Positions 6,004-11,844 of a DNA stretch of 11,844 bases are shown here, piece after piece. This DNA is from a bacterium. GTDB taxonomy: Bacteria > Fidelibacterota > Marinisomatia > Marinisomatales > UBA1611. The notes under the pieces were generated by a model. That model searched no databases. It saw only the letters and a program-made list of their open reading frames with translations, and was not told the origin of the DNA. The DNA is taken from contig JAYPIC010000013.1 in assembly GCA_038127595.1 (NCBI GenBank), positions 12,133 through 23,976 of the forward strand. Reading direction: 5' to 3'. Position 1 is the stretch's first letter; the number at the start of each line of letters is the position of its first letter. The position numbers were made by a program, and so were the translations under genes.

Positions 6004-7692
6004 CTATTCCCAATATTTGTTTTTACTTGTTTGTCCTATCCCAGGGTTGAAACCATTTGTTGGATCAAGTTCTTTGTAAAAGTCAGTCAATGATGGTTTT
6101 GCTAAATATTCGTGTCCAACATTATGCTCTGCAGGGTACTCTGCTCCAACATCATCATATATTTTTAATAATCTTTTTTTCAAAGCATCTGCATCTACCC
6201 CTTTTTTGACAATATAATTATGATGAAGCACGTGACAAAAAAGATGCCCATAGTATAGTTTCATTTCTAACTGATTATCAATTTCTTGTGGAAGATTTTC
6301 GAACCAGTTCTTCTCATTTCTTGGAAATGCGATATCTAATGAAATCATTTCGCCTAATTTATTTTCATTTAGAGCATGAAATCTACCAACTGCACTAGCA
6401 GCTACAAACCTGTGAAGCAATGCTTTATCAGCCTCCTTTTTATTACATTCAAAAAAAGAACCTTCATTATCTTCAAAAAAAGAAATTAAATAATTTTTAA
6501 TCTCATCTATACCCTCATCTGACATTTCAATGATCCAATGATGCTCATATTTTTCATGGAATTCTTCCATGCGATTCGGTAAATGATTAGGCCAAAACAA
6601 GCTTAAAAATTGCATTAGTTTATCCGAGAACTTTCTCGGTAGAAATCTGAATTTTCCAGTTATAAGATCTACCCTGCGCTTAAACTCAAATAATTTAGGA
6701 ATGAAACTTGGACCTAGTTTTTCTATGGCAATAAATGTATCTTTGCTATACTGCTTTGCAGCTTCATAACAATCTCTATGAACATATTCACCAGACTCAG
6801 GAAGATTTTTAAAATTAGAAAGTATATCTCTTCTAATTCTAGAAAAATTTTCAGGCTTATTACATCCGATATAAAAAACAGAACTTTTAGTAGGTTTCAG
6901 GTAAGTATCTAGCCTCACAGCGAAAACTGCTATTTTACCGGCGCAACCAGAGGCTGCATACAATCTCCTCTTATCGGCATTGTATCTAGCAGGTGTTTCT
7001 GCATCAACATCTCTTATTCTACTTTTGTATTCATTATCAGATGCAAGTTTCTTAGGAAATTGTATTTGGTCCTGGTTATAATTTTTTGATTGTAAATTGT
7101 TTAAAATTTCTTTCTCAGAATTCCCAAGATCTACCCCTAAATCATTAACAAGTTCAAGCTTTCCATCTAAATTAATCTTAGCATAAAGGGACAATTCGGT
7201 ATACGCAGGCCCTCTTTTTACTAAAGCTCCTCCAGAATTATTACAAACTCCACCAACAATAGATGCACCAATACAAGAACTTCCAATTACAGAATGTGGC
7301 TCCCTTCCATATTTATCTAGTTCATTTTCCAACCCGAATAATGTACTTCCTGCTAAGCCTATAATCTGCTTACCTTCATTAATGATATGAATGTCATTTA
7401 CTCTCATTGTATTTATAATCACGATTGGTCTATCATAATTATCCCCAAAAGGCGTTGATCCTCCTGTTAACCCAGTATTTGCAGCCTGCATTATTACAAT
7501 GACATTTTCCTCAACGCACAATTTGAGAACATTCCAAATTTCAAATAAAGTTCCAGGCTTAACAACTGCCAATGCCTCACCCTCGCCATATCTCCATCCT
7601 TTACTAAAAGTATGTTTTTCCCATTTAGCGGTGAGTACATACTTGGAGCCCAAGCTGCTTTTTAAACTTTTTATGAAATTATCTTTTTTCAA
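6004..7692 (-). CDS. dld: Quinone-dependent (FAD, membrane-associated) D-lactate dehydrogenase, 562 aa
   Basis: QAANTGLTGGSTP, GREPHSVIGSSCIGASIVGGVCNNSGGALVKRGPAYTE, ASGCAGKIAVFAVRLDT, YYGHLFCHVLH, GAEYPAEHNVGHEY and FNPGIGQTSK all match E. coli-type Dld. TTG start. Confidence 0.96.
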   Translation of the reverse strand: MKKDNFIKSLKSSLGSKYVLTAKWEKHTFSKGWRYGEGEALAVVKPGTLFEIWNVLKLCVEENVIVIMQAANTGLTGGSTPFGDNYDRPIVIINTMRVNDIHIINEGKQIIGLAGSTLFGLENELDKYGREPHSVIGSSCIGASIVGGVCNNSGGALVKRGPAYTELSLYAKINLDGKLELVNDLGVDLGNSEKEILNNLQSKNYNQDQIQFPKKLASDNEYKSRIRDVDAETPARYNADKRRLYAASGCAGKIAVFAVRLDTYLKPTKSSVFYIGCNKPENFSRIRRDILSNFKNLPESGEYVHRDCYEAAKQYSKDTFIAIEKLGPSFIPKLFEFKRRVDLITGKFRFLPRKFSDKLMQFLSLFWPNHLPNRMEEFHEKYEHHWIIEMSDEGIDEIKNYLISFFEDNEGSFFECNKKEADKALLHRFVAASAVGRFHALNENKLGEMISLDIAFPRNEKNWFENLPQEIDNQLEMKLYYGHLFCHVLHHNYIVKKGVDADALKKRLLKIYDDVGAEYPAEHNVGHEYLAKPSLTDFYKELDPTNGFNPGIGQTSKNKYWE

Positions 7693-7939
7693 TTTTATTT
7701 TAATATTTATTTAATCTATTTCAATAATTATTCCATGCTATGTATTTTTATTTAAAAACACAAACTTTTCAGAATGTAAAATTCTTCAAAATACTTTCCA
7801 TTTACTCAAATAGATGAAATAGAATTCAATTATTATATTACACTCATTACATTGTAGGTTTATTGAGTTATATGTAATTTGAATATAATCTCAATTAATT
7901 ATTGGTATTTTTTTTGGCAACATTCACAAATTTAATATA

Positions 7940-10900
7940 ATGAACCCTAAGATATTCTATCGCATTTTATTAATTACAATCAGCGTTTTTTCTCATGCTG
8001 CATCTGCTGATAAGGTTTTCATAGAGGGATCTGTTTCAGGCTCCGATGATAAACCAGTGAAAAAAGCTGAAGTTCAATTATTGGATGCTAAAAAGAAGAA
8101 AATTTTAAGTATTAAAACTGATAAAAATGGATATTTTAAAACTGACGAATTTGATGCTCAAAATTGCTATTTACAGATAGATAAGAAAAAAGAATCAGCT
8201 ACAGTAAGCATTCGTTCATGGCCTTTAGAAAATAAAAATCTAACTGGTCTTAAAATCAAACTATCCAAAAAAGGAGAAGAAATAAAAAAATCTTTTGGTC
8301 CAAACCCTGAAATAAAAGAAGGTGGTGCTAACATGGCCGAAGGCGGACCGCCGAGTCAGTTAACAAAAAAGCAAGTCAAAAAGAAAAAAATACCAAAGAA
8401 AAAAGAAAAAGTATTTGTAAGCGGTAAGGTTGTTAATAAAAAGGGAAAGCCTGTCAAAAAAGCTACAGTTATTGTAATTGATCAGAATTACAATTCGGTA
8501 GCTGAACTCGAAACAGATAAAGAAGGTCTTTTTACCATTGAGAACCTAAAACCAGCCGATTATAACCTTACAATATCAAAGAGAAAAATGCTTGTAAAGT
8601 TCAAACTAAAATCTTGGCCAAAAAATAATCAAAACATTAAAGACATTGGCGTTACCTTAACTAAAGAAAAACAACAAGTAAATACTCTTACTTTTGGGCC
8701 AGAACCTCCACAAGCACACGCTGGCATTGATCAAGAAATGGCCTATGAAAAAAGTGTTTTCGTTGATGGATCTGAAAGCTACAACCCCAATAATATCATT
8801 GAATCATATGAGTGGAAAACTTTATCAGAAAATCTTACTATTGATAATCCAGCTGATCCTAGTTTCACTTTCTTATCCCCTGCAGTTGATGAAAATTTCA
8901 TTTTTGAATTAACAGTAAGAGGTCCTGGCAATATCATTGATAAAGACACAGTAAATGTTAAAGTTTATAATAAAAATATTTTCCCCATTGCTATTGCAGG
9001 AGAAGATCAAATTCTTGATATAGGTGATCCAATAATACTAGACGGTTCAAAAAGTAATGACCCTGACGGTCAGATAAAATCTTTCCAATGGCGTCAGCTT
9101 TCTGGAGAAAAAACTACTTCAAAAAGCAGAAAGCAAGCGGTCATAAACTTAAAAACAACTTCATTGTTTGTTGATACACTATCATTTGAGCTCAAAGTAG
9201 AAGATAAATATAATTTCGATCTAGATACAATTAATGTGTATGTGATGGACATTCCGGAACCATTGGTAGTCATAACAAGTAGCTCTAGCGCTCAGGAAAA
9301 TATCGGAGCTGCAAAAATTTCTTTGGGCGTATCTGCAAAGTCAGGGAAAAAAACCTCTATTCATGCATTTACTAGAGATAGCACAGCACTGGGAAATGGT
9401 AAAGATTATACGAACATTAATGAGGTAATTTTTGTTCCAGCTGGAAAATCAAGAATTACATTTCCATTAAATATCAATGATGACAATATTGACGAATATG
9501 ATGAACAGATTATTATAGACCTCATTGACTCTACGGTTACAAATGCAAATACAGGTTCTGCTAGAAAGCATGTTTTAACAATAATTGATAATGACCCTCC
9601 TCCAGATGTTGAATTCATCACATCAAACACATCTGTTTCTGAAGCTAATGGCAAACATATCGTCATATTAAATCTTAGCAACCAGAGCGGAAAAGAGGTA
9701 TATGTAGATTATCAAATAGAAATAAGTAGTTCTGCAGTTAATGGAGAGGATTATACTTTCCAAAATGGCACTTCTTTTTTTCCAGCAGGAAAAACTAGGG
9801 ATACGTTAGATATAACACTAATTAATGACACCATTGATGAACCATCTCAAACATTAATACTCTCACTATTAAATCCTAAAAATAGCACTATTGGGATGAA
9901 GAAATCACACACTGTAAAAATAAATGATGATGATAACCCTCCTTTTATCTTTGTCGTAAATGAAAAAGGAAGTGGATTAGAGTCTGATAGCTCTAGAACA
10001 ATAAATTATTCATTATCGACACACTCAGAAAAAGAGATTTCTGTACGATACCGAGTTAGTTCTTACGGTACAACATCTAAAAGAAATAAAGATTATATCC
10101 TAGAGGATGGTGTAATGGTATTCCCTCCAGGTCCGCCAGGATCCTCATCCATCAATTTTAAAGTAATTGACGATAAAATCGATGAATTTGATGAACTTCT
10201 AATTATTAATCTGATTGGTGAACCTAGCAATGCTACACTTGGATCATCTACCAGATATACCTACACAATTATTGATAACGATGAGCGCCCTACAATTGAA
10301 TTTAACGGAGATGATCACGGTAATGATTTTATATCTGCAACAAAAATAAAAGTTGGTAGTTCTTCCTCTGGTATTATTGAGCTTGGAGGTGATGAAGACA
10401 TATTTCGATTTGATTTAAAATATCCTATAACAGTACTGACAAAATCGTTCGGGGAAACGGATGTTTATGCTGAGTTACTAGATAACGCAGGACAACTGAT
10501 TGCCACAGATGATAATGGTAGAGATAGCAATAATTTTATGATAAAAACTCCTCTTCTCCCTGGCCCGCATTATTTAAGGATTAAACATTACTCAGCTGAG
10601 GGCACAGGTGACTATGTAATGACCCTAGAATCGTCAGAGCTATATGATAAGCAAGCAGATGACCTAATTTTAAATAAAACTAAATCGTATTTTAAAATTG
10701 GCCACATAATTTATAAAGCAATGGTTCATAATGATAAATTGTATGATCTTAAAAGAATACAAATAAACTCAACTAAATTTGAACTTGATTCAAAAAGATT
10801 TATCACGATCACTGTTAATGATTCTACAATTATAAACCCTTCTACTTGCTATGTACCTAGTTATGGACAATATGAAAATCTTGGTATCATACAGAAAAAT

Positions 10901-11359
10901 TATATTTCAAACCCTTTAAACGTTAGCGATTTGCCTAGATATTTACCGAATGAGAAATTAGAAAATTCGCTCGTTTTTGGAACGGTAAGAGATTATCAAA
11001 CAAGGAAACCAATTTTTGGTGCGGAAGTACGAATCTATGGAGCGCAAACTCCTGCTAATGGTGCCAGCCAAACCAGGTTGATTAACCTAAAAGATGGAGA
11101 AACATGGTATGGTGGAAATAGATTACCTACAAAAAAACCCAAATATAAATCTCCAGCAATTAACAAATATCCTGAAGTAAAAGGTCGTAGAGTAACAGGC
11201 TTAGATGGAAAGTTTGCCATAGCTGTTCAAGATACAGGCTTTTTAATGATTAGAGCAAACGCACCAACAAATAATTACAGAATTCAAGAGAAAAAAATAA
11301 GAATTCGTTACGAGAGAGGAGATTTTTACAGTACTGATATATGGTTAATTCCAAAATAA
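7940..11359 (+). CDS. Large secreted multidomain protein, 1139 aa: 2x carboxypeptidase-regulatory-like, 2x PKD/Ig-like, 3x Calx-beta, PPC-like, C-terminal carboxypeptidase-regulatory-like domain
   Basis: Signal ..FSHAASA|DK. G.V....KPVKKA.V..TDK.G.F twice. PQAHAGIDQ..VDGSESYNP and PIAIAGEDQ..LDGSKSNDPDG. Three units with A..G.DY...F.PAG....I.DD..DE..E...TIIDND. DDHGND..GDEDIFRF..TDDNG..GPHYLRI. VFGTVRDYQTRKPIFGAEV..TGLDGKF. Confidence 0.9.
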   Translation: MNPKIFYRILLITISVFSHAASADKVFIEGSVSGSDDKPVKKAEVQLLDAKKKKILSIKTDKNGYFKTDEFDAQNCYLQIDKKKESATVSIRSWPLENKNLTGLKIKLSKKGEEIKKSFGPNPEIKEGGANMAEGGPPSQLTKKQVKKKKIPKKKEKVFVSGKVVNKKGKPVKKATVIVIDQNYNSVAELETDKEGLFTIENLKPADYNLTISKRKMLVKFKLKSWPKNNQNIKDIGVTLTKEKQQVNTLTFGPEPPQAHAGIDQEMAYEKSVFVDGSESYNPNNIIESYEWKTLSENLTIDNPADPSFTFLSPAVDENFIFELTVRGPGNIIDKDTVNVKVYNKNIFPIAIAGEDQILDIGDPIILDGSKSNDPDGQIKSFQWRQLSGEKTTSKSRKQAVINLKTTSLFVDTLSFELKVEDKYNFDLDTINVYVMDIPEPLVVITSSSSAQENIGAAKISLGVSAKSGKKTSIHAFTRDSTALGNGKDYTNINEVIFVPAGKSRITFPLNINDDNIDEYDEQIIIDLIDSTVTNANTGSARKHVLTIIDNDPPPDVEFITSNTSVSEANGKHIVILNLSNQSGKEVYVDYQIEISSSAVNGEDYTFQNGTSFFPAGKTRDTLDITLINDTIDEPSQTLILSLLNPKNSTIGMKKSHTVKINDDDNPPFIFVVNEKGSGLESDSSRTINYSLSTHSEKEISVRYRVSSYGTTSKRNKDYILEDGVMVFPPGPPGSSSINFKVIDDKIDEFDELLIINLIGEPSNATLGSSTRYTYTIIDNDERPTIEFNGDDHGNDFISATKIKVGSSSSGIIELGGDEDIFRFDLKYPITVLTKSFGETDVYAELLDNAGQLIATDDNGRDSNNFMIKTPLLPGPHYLRIKHYSAEGTGDYVMTLESSELYDKQADDLILNKTKSYFKIGHIIYKAMVHNDKLYDLKRIQINSTKFELDSKRFITITVNDSTIINPSTCYVPSYGQYENLGIIQKNYISNPLNVSDLPRYLPNEKLENSLVFGTVRDYQTRKPIFGAEVRIYGAQTPANGASQTRLINLKDGETWYGGNRLPTKKPKYKSPAINKYPEVKGRRVTGLDGKFAIAVQDTGFLMIRANAPTNNYRIQEKKIRIRYERGDFYSTDIWLIPK
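8012..8710 (+). repeat. Tandem ~100-aa intragenic duplication (two carboxypeptidase-regulatory-like units)
   Basis: Unit 1: KVFIEGSV..KPVKKAEV..TDKNGYF..SWPLENKN..FGPNP. Unit 2: KVFVSGKV..KPVKKATV..TDKEGLF..SWPKNNQN..FGPEP. Boundaries approximate. Confidence 0.85.
9260..10285 (+). repeat. Three tandem Calx-beta domains
   Basis: Units end in TIIDND, KINDDD and TIIDND and contain INDDNIDEYDE, INDTIDEPSQ and IDDKIDEFDE. Boundaries approximate. Confidence 0.85.
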
Positions 11360-11844
11360 ACTTCTTACTATTTTTCACTCTATCAATATTTTCTACAATT
11401 AAGGGACAAAAAATGAATAAAACAGAAATAGCTACTGTTGGGGGCGGGTGTTTTTGGTGTATTGAGGCTGTTTACCAGCGAATCGATGGCATTAAATCTG
11501 TCACCCCTGGTTATGCTGGAGGCAAATCAAAAACTACCACATACAAAGAAGTATGTACAGGCACAACTGGTCATGCTGAGGTGGCTAAAATTGAATTTGA
11601 TACAAATGTCATTACTTATGAGCAGATATTAAATGTATTTTGGCAAGCACATGATCCAACGACATTAAACAGGCAAGGCAATGACATAGGTACACAGTAT
11701 AGATCTGTAATTTATTATCATAATGAAAAACAAAAAGAAATTGCAATTAACTCAAAAAAAGAAGCAGATAAGTCTGGTTACTGGGATGATAAGATCGTTA
11801 CAGAAATTTCCGAAATATATAATTATTCTGATGCTGAGGACTAT
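11341..11844 (+). CDS. msrA: Peptide-methionine (S)-S-oxide reductase MsrA (3' end beyond the window edge); start at 11341 (with signal peptide) or 11413
   Basis: Manual translation: MVNSKINFLLFFTLSIFSTIKGQK-MNKTEIATVGGGCFWCIEAVY..GYAGG..TYKEVCTGTTGHAEV..HDPTTLNRQGNDIGTQYRSVIY..AEDY. Open to the window end. Confidence 0.97.
   Translation, partial: MVNSKINFLLFFTLSIFSTIKGQKMNKTEIATVGGGCFWCIEAVYQRIDGIKSVTPGYAGGKSKTTTYKEVCTGTTGHAEVAKIEFDTNVITYEQILNVFWQAHDPTTLNRQGNDIGTQYRSVIYYHNEKQKEIAINSKKEADKSGYWDDKIVTEISEIYNYSDAEDY

Noticed and set aside
7914..7941. TTGGCA-16 nt-TATAAT promoter-like match
   Set aside because: The -10 overlaps the start codon at 7940, so transcription would begin inside the signal-peptide coding region.
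7499..11632. ORFs 7499-7714, 8694-8912, 9406-9681, 11035-11220 and 11438-11632
   Set aside because: All overlap dld, the 1139-aa gene or msrA in another frame or strand and have no recognisable features. 11438-11632 is an off-frame read of msrA.
1..11844. CRISPR arrays, IS elements, prophage genes, tRNA, rRNA, riboswitches
   Set aside because: No regularly spaced repeats, transposase or integrase motifs, or cloverleaf signatures seen. The only structured RNA supported is SRP.

Overview
AT-rich bacterial chromosomal window; gene content and signal-peptide style suggest an FCB-superphylum marine lineage such as Marinimicrobia (inference only). The minus strand carries a FAD-dependent D-lactate dehydrogenase (dld), then a tight four-gene cluster: a FecR-domain/outer-membrane beta-barrel fusion with Ca-binding TSP3-like repeats and three uncharacterised genes. 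After these come a 271-nt large (Alu-domain) SRP RNA and dnaX, which runs off the left edge and is missed by the ORF track. The plus strand, divergent from dld, carries a 1139-aa secreted multidomain Ig-like/Calx-beta protein and msrA, which runs off the right edge and is also missed by the track. Main observations: DnaX has lost all four zinc-module cysteines; dnaX has a candidate E. coli-like -1 frameshift site that would make gamma; the SRP RNA ends 8 nt before the dnaX start; msrA has an upstream in-frame signal peptide; and the FecR-barrel cluster is the best candidate for an undescribed envelope system. No mobile element or CRISPR array was seen.
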